Positions 46,601-58,675 of a stretch of 64,000 nt of DNA are shown here, piece by piece. Origin of the DNA: Klebsormidium nitens (Eukaryota > Plantae > Klebsormidiophyceae). The notes under the pieces were generated by a model. That model worked only from the letters and a program-made list of their open reading frames with translations. It was not told the origin of the DNA and did no database searches. The first letter of the stretch is position 1. Each line of letters begins with the position of its first letter. The translations under genes were made by a program, and so were the position numbers. The DNA is taken from assembly GCA_000708835.1 (NCBI GenBank), contig DF237260.1:1-64000 (forward strand). Reading direction: 5' to 3'.

Positions 46601-47779
46601 GGCCAAAAACATCATCTTTCCTCGCCTTTTCACCAAGAGCTGGCGGCGTCAACGCCAGCCGCCGCTTACCTCAGCTTCTGCACCTTCGTTACCCTCCCTC
46701 GCCTGCGACTGCCAAATCAGCAGACTGCCGAGCGCCTCCGCCTCTTCTGCCGTCACCCCCACCCCCCCCTCCGCTGCCCCTGTCTGTACTAGGGCCGCCA
46801 AAACCGACGGGGGCGAAGCTGCAATCAGGCGTCCGGCTTCTGGGGGCATGGGGGACGGCAGCTCACACCAAGCAAGGACTTCCTGCTCTGCTGCGAACCG
46901 GTGTGATACGCTGGCGCCTCCGGACTGCTCCCAGTGATGAACAGCGTTTTGCAGCGCTGTCGTTTGGCTGCGTGGAGACAAGGAGGACCTCAGTTGAGCC
47001 TAGTTCCAAGAGAGCCCTTGGTGCGTTGGATTGTTGTTCAAGCTGAACTCAAATCCAAAATCTTTTGCCTCTCTCTTTCCCTCTCTTGATGGAAACTTGT
47101 CACGGTGAATCTGTATAAGTTTCACAGAACGTGGGCGCACCACTTCCCCTTGTCCATGGCCCAGTCGCACTCATGATCAACACCAGACAGGATTTTGAAA
47201 TGGAACGTCCACAGTAGTGTGCTCTTAGAACTCACTTGTGATAGCACCGCAAAGACCAAACCAACTATGACACTGATAAACGCACCCTGGACTCTTCTCT
47301 TGAACACCCAAGCCCTGTTGCTCTTGCTGAGCAGGCTGTGGGGGCCCTTGCTTTGATCCATACTGCTGTTGCTCTTGGTTGGAAGACTGCGGGGGAAGAG
47401 GTGGCCGCGGCGGCTGATCCACCGGGAGCCGCTGCAGCTGCACCACCCCAGGGGCATCAGCGTAGAAGAAACTAGACGCGGGAGAAGAAAGTTCCTCAAG
47501 GTTAAAGCCCCCTTTTGCGGCCTGGCAGGAGGCGGTGTGGGCCGCCAGGGCAGTGGCGGGGACCCTGTGCTGGGAGTTAATCGGGCAGGGAAAGAGGGGG
47601 GGTGGAGCAGGATTGCTGGTGCTTAGTGCGGACGAGGCGAAGAGGAGGGTGGCATTTGCAGATGAGAGGAAAGAAGTGAGTTCTTCAACCAGGCTGGCAG
47701 CGCTCAGCAGGACTTTGGTCTGATCCATGAGGATAGAGTTAGGGGGATTTTCCAGGTTTGGGTGCTCAAGGGGTTGCAT
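43622..47779 (-). CDS. SNRNP48: U11/U12 small nuclear ribonucleoprotein 48 kDa protein homolog (CHHC zinc finger, Arg/Glu-rich tail)
   Basis: First exon 47779-47286 has CPINSQHRVPATALAAHTASC (U11-48K CHHC finger) and FFYADAPGVV. Exon 45099-44995 reads VELLAELRDLKRRTTSYRAKKQRTPLQ (resembles plant ERDYKRRRMSYRGKK..RTP). Last exon 44359-43622 starts SARDLIE and ends in an RE-rich tail. Middle exons near 46900-46040 were not exactly delimited. Confidence 0.78.
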
Positions 47780-48262
47780 TCTGCACCATCAAGGTGCACG
47801 TCAAGGGGAGTGCTGAAGATGGCGCCAGTGAAGCTCACCCCAAGAAAGTGGTGTTCAACAGTTCCAAGTGTTTGTGCAAACTTCAGTCTTCACCATCTGG
47901 CATCGGGCTATACACGTCGTGACCCATACTCATTTTCGCTGATGGTTCGAATTTTGGCAAGCATCCTCACAAGTGTTTTTTTACCTCCTTGTTTCACTGG
48001 GGTTTGAAAGCGACGGATCGAAAAAAAACGGAAGTGTAGATATCTTCGGAGCTGACTCTGTATGACGAGCGCAGAATATCGACTAAGCGTACCGAACCGC
48101 GTCGAACGTTGAAACTGCTCTCGTGCTGTTGCGACAGGGCAAGAACATAGGAATCTGCCACATGTAAGGAATGACGGTCGTCGATATCGGTTCCAGGATT
48201 TACGGCCGTATACTGCCGAAGACTTTTATTATATAGATTTGGAAGGTTCCGTAAATGTACGC

Positions 48263-48361
48263 GCTCTTTTTAGCCCAGTGGGCAAAGAGTTTGGTCGGAC
48301 GGCTCTCTCGGAGCCTCGAGGTTTCGACTCGGAGGTCCAGGGTTCGAGTCCTGGCAGGAAC
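48263..48361 (+). ncRNA. tRNA-like / Pol III (A-box + B-box) structured element, non-canonical; possibly a tRNA pseudogene or SINE head
   Basis: A-box TAGCCCAGTGG at 48271; T-arm-like ccagg-gttcgagt-cctgg near 48337-48354; variable-loop-like aggtc; 7-nt-loop hairpin tcgag-gtttcga-ctcgg. However there are ~26 extra nt and poor acceptor and D stems. Confidence 0.4.
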
Positions 48362-48848
48362 GTCAGTCTTTCGGGACTCAATTCCTAAAAGGGCTGACGT
48401 GGACACGTGTCGAATTCCTATGTTCTTGCCTGTCGTGAACCATCGCGAGACAGCTTCGATGCAATTTGTCGAAAGCGTTACATGCGTTACTTATATTCAT
48501 GTCAGTCTATATGATTATTCGATTTCGATTTCGATACACCATGTGTGACATATATATAAACTCACCTGCTTACATGCCTGCTTTTACGAAGCCAGAAGTC
48601 ACGGCTTCTTATGAAATAATCTCGCTTATGACATGCTTGGCAGGAAGGATATGTCTTCAATATCAAACCTTTTTTGCACAGCTGGAAACCACTTCGCCAG
48701 CCACGATGCTGATTTCAAAAGCTGAAGCGGCTCTCTTGCGCCCCCATCTCCACCCAATTCTCGCAAGATCTTCTCTATCTTGGCAGCAAGATCTTCTCCG
48801 CTTGGGCTAATAGTAACTCTTTCAAACTCAGCATTGCAATTGCGTCCC

Positions 48849-51606
48849 ATGGCGGAATTATCTGTCAATGCAGACGCCTATCGGGCGCTGCATGCCGACA
48901 AGAAAGAAGACTCTTTGAAGCTGTACGGCTCGTGGTTCTGTCCCTTTGTGCAGAGATCGTGGATCACGCTAGAGGAGAAGAAGGTGGACTACGAGTACAT
49001 TGAGATTGATCCGTACGCAAAGGTGAGTGGCCGTTGGTTGTTCTTCACATTGTGTGGTATTAAGAAAATACCATTGAATGCAGGACTTTTCACTCACTCG
49101 TGCATCTAGTGACGATTAAGGTGGTGGTGGTGTCTTCTTCTAAAGGGAATCTGTCCTGGCTTACTCGTCATTTCCTTTGCTGGACACCCCACTGAGGCAC
49201 CCATGCTTTAGGTCGCACCATGCATGAATCTGCGCAAGAGAAGTCAGTTCTAATCTGACCTTGTTTCTAAAGCACCAGATATATTCTTTTGAAGAAAGCG
49301 TTGCTCCCATCACTGGTCTAGGATCAAGAGCACCACGGTTTGGGGGATATTTAGAGTACGTCTTGAAGTGGCAAGAAGATCTGGTATGTTGCTGATAAGA
49401 ATGACACAGAAGTGCGCAATGTGTGAATGGGGCTTGAAAAGTTGTTTGAGGCTGCACCACCATTTTCCAAACCCAGCGCTTGTCTACCCCCGAATGTCCT
49501 CTCAGAATTGCTCCAACTACCTTTTTCCCCCAAAGCTTAAAAGGTGACTGGGCTCTCTAAGTGCTAGAGTGACAGTATGATCTTATGGGACTTATTTGAT
49601 GTGGTGTTCCCATCTTCCCCAAAAGGCAGAGGATCTTTTTAGCAGTCCGCGTTTCGTATTGCAAATGAGAAGGGGGCAGATTAAGGAGAAGAAGAGCACC
49701 AGGTTTTGCAAAATCTCCAAACAGAGTTTCAGAAAGTGATTGGAAGCCCAGCGCGGAAGGGACTTTTATTAATTCACGGACTCTGTGTCAACTTTGGCTT
49801 TGGTGCTCTAGTCTTCTCCCACCGACTATGTTCCTACTTACCTAGAGAATTTTGTAAAGCCGTTTCTCCCGCACCTGTTCATCGCTCTCTTTCCTAAATC
49901 TAATCTTGCTTTCCTACATCTAATCTCAAGACTTATGCTGCAGCCTCCAGAGTTGATGAAACTAAACCCAAGGGGGTTAGTGCCGACCCTGGACCACAAC
50001 GGCCGGGCGCTCTACGAGTCGCTGATCGTTTCTGAGTACGTGGATGAGACGTGGCCGCACGAGCCGAAGCTTCTGCCAGACGACACGTTCAAGAAGGCCG
50101 TCGGACGCATCTGGATCGACCACATCAACAAGAAGATCGTGCCGACCTTTTATAGGATTCTCCAAGTAAGTACAGTTTCTGCGTTAGCAAGAAGGATTGT
50201 TTGTTTCTTCCTGAGGCTATTCAGGACCTTAGACAGCCCAAATGATCATGGTCGTGAAAAAGAATGCTATAGGACGAAAATAGTTGTTCATCTTGGGATC
50301 AAGCAGATTGGAGGTCTCGTCAGCTTTGCGGACTGCATCCCTTTTGACTATATCTGCTTCAAGTCAGAAGAATAAATTATCACTGATTCCTTCCTTTGAA
50401 TCATCAATTCCTGAGCCCTCTCCTCATTCGAGGCGATCTATGTGCTCAGCCAAGTACTTTCCTTCTCTCGAGCAACTCGAAGGAAGCCTTTCGCATGTAT
50501 CAGCCGTCTCCCAGTGATTGCAACTATCGCGGATCAGAGCACAAAGATATGACACCACCACTGTTTCGAACATCCTAACCGCAAGCTTGTGGAAAATTGG
50601 CTGAAAGAGATGTCCATTGCCATGCCCTACTGTTTGCAGCTAAGGGACGCCGAGCATGAGGAGGCGAAAGAGGACTACCTAACAGCGCTGCGAGAGCTGT
50701 CGCAAGCATACGAAGCCTCGTCCCCAGAGGGCCCCTTCTTCTTTGGGTAAGCCATACAACGAGAATGGGACGAAGGGATGGACCTCTGTCGAAACTATCT
50801 CGGGGAAAGGTCGAGTCAACTTGCGGATGACAGCCTCATGAGCAGAGTAGGGGCGAAGTTGGGGACTGAATGGAAATGCTCAATGTGGAGTATGAGCTGT
50901 CGTATTGTCATTTTGGAGATGCGATACGTGGAAGGCCGGAGGGATAGGTTTCCGAAAGTGCTCCTTGTCATATTACGTCATCGGTGGGTTCTCGAAAGTG
51001 TTATATTGCTCCGGGTATGCGGGAATTCTGATTCCGGATTTGTGACTCAGGAGAATCCAGAAACTGAGGGCGATCTCAGATTCTGCAAGGCCGAGCCGTG
51101 CGGAAGACTGTTTCATTCAATACGAAACTGAGAAGATTAGCTCGCTTCTTCTTTCAGGACCAGTTCGACCAGAACGTTCGGTTTGAAGCAAGTTCACACA
51201 AATTGTGAAGGTACCCCTGATGCAACACGGTTGAGTGACAAGACGACGTAGAACCAATGAAAGACAAATACAGTGGAGGAGAACCTTTTAGCATCCGAAC
51301 CGCAAAAATAAAATTAAAAAACGTCGTCTCTTCAGGCCCTGTATAAGCCTGGTCGACATCGCGCTCGCCCCCTGGGTGCCCCTGCGCGACTTCGTCCTCG
51401 AGCATTACAAGACCTTCTCCATCCCATGGGACGATCCCCAGCTGAAACGGCTGGCGGCGTACAAATCGGCGGTCGACAACAGTCCGAGCGTCCGGAAAAC
51501 GCTCGCGGACCCGGAAAAGCTGCTCGGGACGTACGAACGGTACGCGAAGAACACGGCGACGTCCGAGGTCGCAAAGGCGGTCAACGCGAAGAAGGGGCTG
51601 CCCTAG
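48849..51606 (+). CDS. Glutathione S-transferase, Cys-type (omega-like), 257 aa
   Basis: Exons 48849-49022, 49944-50165, 50640-50746, 51336-51606 total 774 nt, in frame. Active site SWFCPFVQR, NPRGLVPTL (cis-Pro), YES, GPFFFG, N-cap SLVD. Confidence 0.92.
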
Positions 51607-52707
51607 GCGCGGCGCAGTCGCCTCGTATATCTGGAGTGGCGTGTTTGAGTTTCTACACATTATAATGAAGCACAGTACATAGCTTACTAGGTGGTTCTGG
51701 TAATGTAGCACGTAGTGTAGGCTACAAGGCTAGGATCAGGAGCGACTGACCATGTCGCTTGTACATTGCACGTGAAGGTGAAGATTGGGCACGGGTACGC
51801 GTGCCACGACGAGAATCAAATCAGCGTTTTGAGGATTTTGGCTTTGCAGTAACGAACTGTACATAGGCGCTTGTTTGCTGCAGGGCATACACTGAACTGT
51901 AGGATTCGATTAGAGAACGGTTCAAGCTCGCGGTCTCGACAATCATAGTCGTGATCTTCTGATAGTAACCTTGGGAAAGCGCAAAGGGTCTACGGTGCGT
52001 ATCTTACAGAGTGTTCGTCTGCATGTCCTGTGATCTGCGCCAACTAGTCTGGCTTGCGCCATCGGGGCCCCCGCTTCATACCATATCACGGTCTACCTCA
52101 TTGGAAAAGGCAGAACGTGATGAAACCTCTAGTAGCCGGCATCGTTTTGTATTCTAAATAATGCCGAGCCTATTGTGATACACAATTTGCAGTTGTACCG
52201 GCCGCTTTTTTTTGAATGCCTGTTGTGACGGGCAGATCTGGTTAAGAAACCGTCAAGAAACCACTTGAGATCAAGAGCGTCGCTTGGATCAGCGGCTGAA
52301 ATGTAGATATGTACGTGCATAAATTTGCGTGGACTATAGAAACGTATCTCCTCACCCTGGATTGCCGCTTTCATTAGACAAATTAGACCATACATGCAAA
52401 CTTCAACCGGCTTGACTTCAGTTATGAAAGGACGTGGCGGACGCTTACGTTGATATCTCAGAGACTTCGTCTGCATGCCACTCTCTGCCCTTCTCTAGTT
52501 TTTAACCAGTCCTTGTTGCCAAATGATTCATTAGCCCCAATCCACCCCCCTAACTGAAAATTATCCGGCATAGCTCCCAATGCAATTTTCTAACCAGAGA
52601 TTTCACACTTGCTTCTTATTCCCATACCCCGTCACGACGACTCCTGGTGGACCAAGAGTACAATCTCGCTAATATACCCCCTCAATGTACACATGGTAAT
52701 AAACCCC

Positions 52708-55700
52708 CTAAACCCCGATGAAGTCGCGCAGCGCGGGCAGCACCTGCGTCGCCGCGACGACGTACTTCTCGTCCTCGTTGGAAGGCCACTGCAACAGATA
52801 AAAGTAGCTCAGAATCACGTCATTCTCCTGGGGAGTTACGTCATTCTCCTCGCAGAAGTGGCCGTTACGCAAAACTGATGTACTTCTGGAGCGGTGATTG
52901 CGCAAAGTCGACCTTCCTGCTTTACTGAACCTTCGAGAAAAGACCGTCACTATGAGGTTCTATCTCAACGGTAACCCGAATCACATAACCCAAAATCACG
53001 TACCTCGAAGAGAGCCGCAGAGCTGCTACGTGCGCGGTAGAAGTGAATCCAAGTACTTGAGCGTCGCAACTGTTCGATACTATTCCTTTCTCGAAACATT
53101 GTTTTGAGGCTCGAAGTTAGACCCGAAGTTGTCACCCAAATGCTAGCCCAACTCCAAAACCTAAGCTGCGAAAAAACTCCACGAATTAACCAATAGCTCT
53201 CGGGAGATGTCACCGACCAGAAAAATGGCGTGCCCACCTGCACGGGGATCGGCGCCCCGACCACCACTTTGGCAATCTCGTTGATCTGCTGCTCGATGTC
53301 TCCCGGGGGGGGTGGCGCGCCCGGGTCTTTGACACCCACAAACTCCTCAAGAAAGTAGACGTCCTGGAGGACCTGGTTCTTGTCCACCGCCGGGTGCTTT
53401 GGGGCTGCCGTCTGCAGCAAAACAACTCTTCCTTACATCTGTTTCAGGCTTCGTTTGTCGTAGAGGGAATGTTTTCAATTCGTATTATAGATTTGGATTT
53501 GCTGTAGTTGAGATGAGCCTATTGTCTTCGGACTCGGGAATCGAACATCGTTTCAGCTTCCTTTCGATACGTACTATAGTAATGGTACCCTGTAAAAGGC
53601 CTTGGAACGTCGTATATTTCTTTCATCCGAGTAATTTAAGAGGGGCTTATTCTATCCTCCTGTGCGTACGGCCTCAAGGAGTTTGACGTTGTCTGTTGGG
53701 CACCAGACGGATTCGCGAATATTCGGACGCGATGGTTGCCCGGGGAGAATACACCAATATCCGGGACGATCGAGCAGTTCAAAGTAGAAAACGGTGGGAA
53801 GGCGGACGCAAAAAGCACGGAAGATCTGGGAGGAGCAGATCTTCTGCAGCTACGTTACTTTCAAGACAACCGGCGAGCTTGACTGATTCTAAGCTCACAT
53901 TATTCAAGCTGCAACTGAAAAGGGCGTCTGGCTCCCTGACCGAATCGAGATGGGGCAGAAAAATGGACGGAAGCGGCAGACGCTAACACGACGAACAAGC
54001 GGCACGAAGGGAAACGTAACAAAAAAGAGAAGGTCGGACGGATCAAAGCGTCCGCTGAAGAATGCTTTGCTCTCCGGACGACCAAAAGGGGCAGATTGAA
54101 CGGACGGATCCGACAGACGCGGACACAGCCGACGGAACCGGACATAGAAAGTAACTGCGGACGGAGCACAGAAGGTACCTTTGCTTCTTGGCCGCTCAGA
54201 ACGGGCGTAGAAAAGACGGACCCGATAGCGCACATAAAACACACGGACCCGGACACAAAGAGTTTACCCGGATTTACCAAAACGATCACCTTGCTTTTTT
54301 TAACAGTCAAAAAGGGCAGATGAACGGACCGATCGCATACACGCGGACACAGAGGACGGAAGCGGACAAGAAGAGTATATTCGGACGTTCCGAAACGGTC
54401 ACCTTGCTTTCCTGGAAGACCAATAATGGCTATTCGGCCGGACGAACCGAAAAAAAAGAATTTCGGACGTACCAAAACGGTCACCTTGCTTTCCTGGACA
54501 GTTAGAACCGGCCTCTTGACGAGCGCCTCCTCTTCCTGCCGCTGCGGCTGCTTCGGCTGCGTCTCTTTCACCGCTTCCTTCTGCGGAGAATGGAACAAAA
54601 CTTTCTGATTTCAGATTTCAGAATGCTGAAACCATGTGTCGAGTAATTTGATCATTGAAAACCTAACATTTAGGGTGCTTGGGCTGCGTCCCTTTCACCG
54701 CTTTCTTCTGCCAAGAAAGGGATGAACACTTTCAAACTTCAGAATGCTGAAGTGTCGATGTGTATCAAAGAACGCAAATCTAAGATCAAATCGCGAAAGA
54801 ATTCCCTATGAAACGAATCATTCTTGCGGGTCTCAGCTACTCTTCGTGTTTGTACCCTCTGTAGCTTCCACACTTCGCGCTCAGGTTTGGAGGCAAGCAC
54901 TGCGGACAGGTTGCTTCCAGAAATTCTAAAATTAATGCTTCAGCACTATCTTTGTTGTTCTGCTTCATATGATATATGATGATCAGTTTGACTTGCTTGT
55001 AACTCACCACGGGCGAATAGGGGCGAATATACGCCCGGGTGACCTCCTCGTGGCCCGGCGTTTCGGCCAGGACCTTGGGCGGTTTGGCCTGAGGGGGCGT
55101 CGGTTCCGGTTCCGCCGTTCCGGGCCCGTCAACCGGTTCCTTGGGCGGACCGGTGTCTTCCGGGTGGAGAAGCCCCGGGCGCGGAAAGAGCTCGTTCCTG
55201 ATCGCGCGAAGGACGCCGCGAATGGTGTCGAGAGTCTGCGCGTCAGCGCAAGGAAAAGGTGTAAATAAGGGGCCTTAAGAACTTTCTCGAGGTTCGAGTC
55301 ATCAGATGCGTTTTCGAAAAGATAGGCGATCGGAGCAAGGTGAAAAAGGAACCCAGAGGGCTTACTTTCTCTTACCCAACTGGAACTATTTACTTTCTCT
55401 GCGTTCTTAGAGAACCCAATTCTGTGGCCCTCCGGTTGCTTGCAAGATCGATGGGCGCTTCTGTAGTTGCCTGTAAGAGAGTAGAGATAGTTACCCGCGG
55501 GTTTGATGAAAACTCGTCAGGACTTGACACCGTCCATTGCACGACGATCGTTAGCGTATGCCCGCCCTCTTCTTCCTCGACTAACGCGGTTCGGCGGACT
55601 TGATTGGGAGCTTCAGGGGTAAGCATCTGGTACAGAAAAGGCCAAGAATTTAAAACTGCTAGTTTCCGTTCACTGGTTACTTTTGCAATGTGTTAGCTGC

Positions 55701-57345
55701 TTTGTTAGCAGTACTTTCCGTGGAACTTGGAAAGAAACCAGATTTGGAGCAGTTCATGGCCCAGCTGCTTGGGAAGAAAATTCTGGGACTGGTTTCTAGA
55801 ATTGTTTTGCCTCTTTGATGAATGTCATCCAGCCTGATTTTGGAGACAAAGTCCAGAGAAGAAGCCGCAGATTGATTGACTTGAACCAAACAGCAATCCA
55901 TCAATTGCGGGATGCTGATGCTAAGTTCGGAGGGTATAAGAAAGAGCGCTTTCTGGGCGACAGAAAACAGCAGTGATAGATCAATTCAAAGACTAGATAT
56001 CGAGGCTTGACAAGACGGGGAAAGAGAAAGGTGAAGAGGTGGCACAGTACTAAAATTAAAGGAAATGGAATGAAAGATCTCAGAAGCAACAACACGCATG
56101 TGTTTTCTCAAATACATCCGTGAACAGTTCTTTAGCGGAAGTGCAAGGGACAACGGACCGAAGAGAAAAAATCCGTAAAGATTCAGTCTCCTCATGGGAT
56201 TTTAACCAAGTCTTTTTAGAAACAAAAGGTTCATGGAAGAGCTTGCAGAAGCTTGATCCAGATCTCAAGATGAAAACCAGAGGGTTTAGTGAAGATAGAT
56301 TGTTGCTGACCATACCCCCAGGATTCGATCCTTCTATCTTTGTCGAATGAACTCAAACCCACAACTTCGTTCTTACCCTCTTTAAAATCCTTCCGATTAA
56401 TACTACTGCTGTGATATGCGAAACATTGCCTTCCAACCACGGTCAAACCAGTAGTATTTGCACACTCTTGCCTTTGATTACGAACGTGGGCGATTACTTC
56501 TGCTCTTGAGAGCATCGACTTCCTCTCTGGCCTTGCCTTTAGAAGCTCCCCGTTTCAAAAGACCGATATTATAAATTAAACTCCCACCGAATAGAGTGTC
56601 ATAAGGTGAGTTTTCGTCCAAGAAAGCCGCACTCACCTGCTTCCACTCGTAGGCCTTCCACAGAAAGTACCCAAAGACCACGAGCGTCGCGGCCGGCACG
56701 AGGCAGAATCCGGCCGCCACCGTAGAGAAGAACACCTGAACGGAACCGGAAGACTTGTTTCTATTCAACTCAAAAAGAAGAGCTCCGAAGGGAGGTCCTG
56801 TGTGCATTGTAAGGGAAACTTCGTTCCAAACAGCTCCGAATAGGGCGTGGAGGAGATATTGGCAGCATTATACTCTTTGAGCACGTCCTGCTGACGGCTT
56901 GCTGAGGTACCTCTGACATCATTCAGTATCTTATCTCACTGCGTGCAGATAAGATACCTGAGCAACAAACATGCGCGCAAAGATTACGAACTTCGGAGGC
57001 TGAGACAAAACAGAAGAGATTGAAACCAGCAAAATGGACAAAAATAGAAAGATATGAAACCAGCAAACTGAACAAAAACAGCCCTACAAGAGCTGTCTCT
57101 GCGGAAAGCCACTGCATGAGGAAAGACGCAACGCAGAAGCACATTCGCTGGGTTCAACCTTCGCGCCTGTTTTGAGAGACATCATGACACCTTTCTTGAC
57201 CTCTTAGACGCCTGCCACGTGTCTTGGTACGCACCAAAGGGACCCACAACGGGCTGGTGACCGCCGCCGTCAGGACGGTGACCCCTTTCACCGTCCACAC
57301 AAGCGGCCTCCCCACGAGGGTCTCCAAGAGACTCATCGCGACCAT
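52708..57345 (-). CDS. Putative 262-aa protein with an N-terminal oleosin-like hydrophobic hairpin (TSPLWVP) and a Pro/Glu-rich C-terminal region
   Basis: Six phase-0 exons with GT-AG sites: 57345-57235, 56735-56637, 55235-55008, 54580-54485, 53411-53238, 52788-52708 (789 nt, ends TAG). Additional exons (e.g. 55626-55390) cannot be excluded. Confidence 0.55.
54170..54770 (-). repeat. Degenerate tandem repeats reiterating the donor (54484, 54402, 54289, 54178) and acceptor (54582, about 54710) of exon 54580-54485
   Basis: The minus-strand motif (cc)aggaaagcaag|gtgaccgttt recurs. The upstream decoy ttggcag|aagaaagcggtgaaagggacgcagcccaagca resembles the real ctccgcag|aaggaagcggtgaaagagacgcagccgaagca. 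Confidence 0.75.
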
Positions 57346-57893
57346 GCTTGCTCTCCGGGCTTGGCGCCCCTTTCCAAGTAAGCTGACGAGAAAACTGGTA
57401 GGCGCGTGTGGATGTTTGGTGCCTCGCAGAGAGAAAGTTCTTGGTCTTCAGCTATCCGCGCGCTGTTCGCTTGCCGAGCTAAAGCTGCGCGAAGAAGGGC
57501 ATCGCACGCGCCATGAATGCGATGAGCGCTTTTCCCTGGGCCTGTCTTCCTCGGTTCTCTCTTGCGCCTTTCTTTCCTTACGTCCTATTCTTTTCGAGCA
57601 GCTTGGAAGCTCTTGAGTCCTGAAGGTGGAGGTCCTTGAACAAAAGGCTCGAAAACTTCTTGCCGAGTTGCGGACGTGTCGGTTGCGTGAGCAACACGAT
57701 CCGCTTCCTTGAGGCCAGTTGGGCGACTCGACTTTTAACTAAACTGACGATATTTAATATTCTGGGTTGCCATAACCAAGTATCTGCCACCTAGCTATAC
57801 TACAGTACGTACCCTATTTCCGCTGGAGCTCATGAGACGAAGTGTCCGACCAGGCTCCGTGTCCCAGTTTGCAAGCGAGAGCTACAGTAAGGA

Positions 57894-58513
57894 CATGCAG
57901 ATTCGGATAGCGCGTCGACGAGCCAGGCTGGCGCATGGCCACGTGCATGCGGGGCGCGCAAGAACCGACAGACGGGCAAGATGTGTGAGCATGTATGAAA
58001 GGTCAGCAGTCCGCATTCCTTCGACGTGAGCGGCGCGCCCAGATGCACGCGCGCTACAAATGCGAACTTTCCATCTCATAAAGGTCCAGCACATCTTAGC
58101 GCTGGAACCTTTTACACATGTCAGCGCTTACGTGCGCTCTCGGTTTGCATGAAATGCGCACTAGCTCGACAACTTATACTGTAAGCTACTAGGGTAATGC
58201 ATGATCCCATGCATGCAAGCAGAGCCGCAATGATTAGCTGCTGAGAATAACAACATCAGTCGTTCTATGGGTTGGGTCCAGCATTAACACTTCACTGCAG
58301 AGCCTGGTGCTCTCAGTCGGCGAGGCGAGCGGGCGCAGGCCGCGCGCATTCACTCCGAAGGAAATGCGCCTGCGCCGGCTTGCCGCCAACAACGTCTACG
58401 GACTACTTGTGCACACATGCAATGGATCGGTTCATGACGTAGACGCGCTTTTCTTTGGTTAGCTCGAGCAGCTCTTGAAAAGCCAGTAGGTGCTCTGCCA
58501 ATGATTTCACGTG
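57894..58513. promoter_or_regulatory. Cluster of RY (CATGCA/TGCATG) and G-box/ABRE (CACGTG) motifs upstream of the oleosin-like gene
   Basis: RY at 57894, 57944, 58146, 58198, 58208-58217 (double) and 58416. CACGTG at 57940 (CACGTGGC on the minus strand) and 58508. Confidence 0.35.
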
Positions 58514-58675
58514 CATTTAGCGCATTGTAATGGGCACAAGTCTTGCCAGCTTCGAATTGGCCAGCCTTTCCATATGAGTGATCTCAAAGCTCGAACCATC
58601 AACAAGCGGATACAGATTCCCATCAATGTGAACGCCTCTTGATCGCATACTGGGCCGGTTCGACAAGAAACCCGA

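Noticed and set aside
53900-54598. 232-aa minus ORF as a stand-alone gene
   Set aside because: It consists of one real 96-nt exon plus read-through into repeat-derived intron sequence.
55390-55904. Possible extra exons of the oleosin-like gene
   Set aside because: Phases do not chain cleanly (stop at 55390; out-of-phase acceptor near 55830). A direct 56637->55235 join is in frame, so they were left out but are not excluded.
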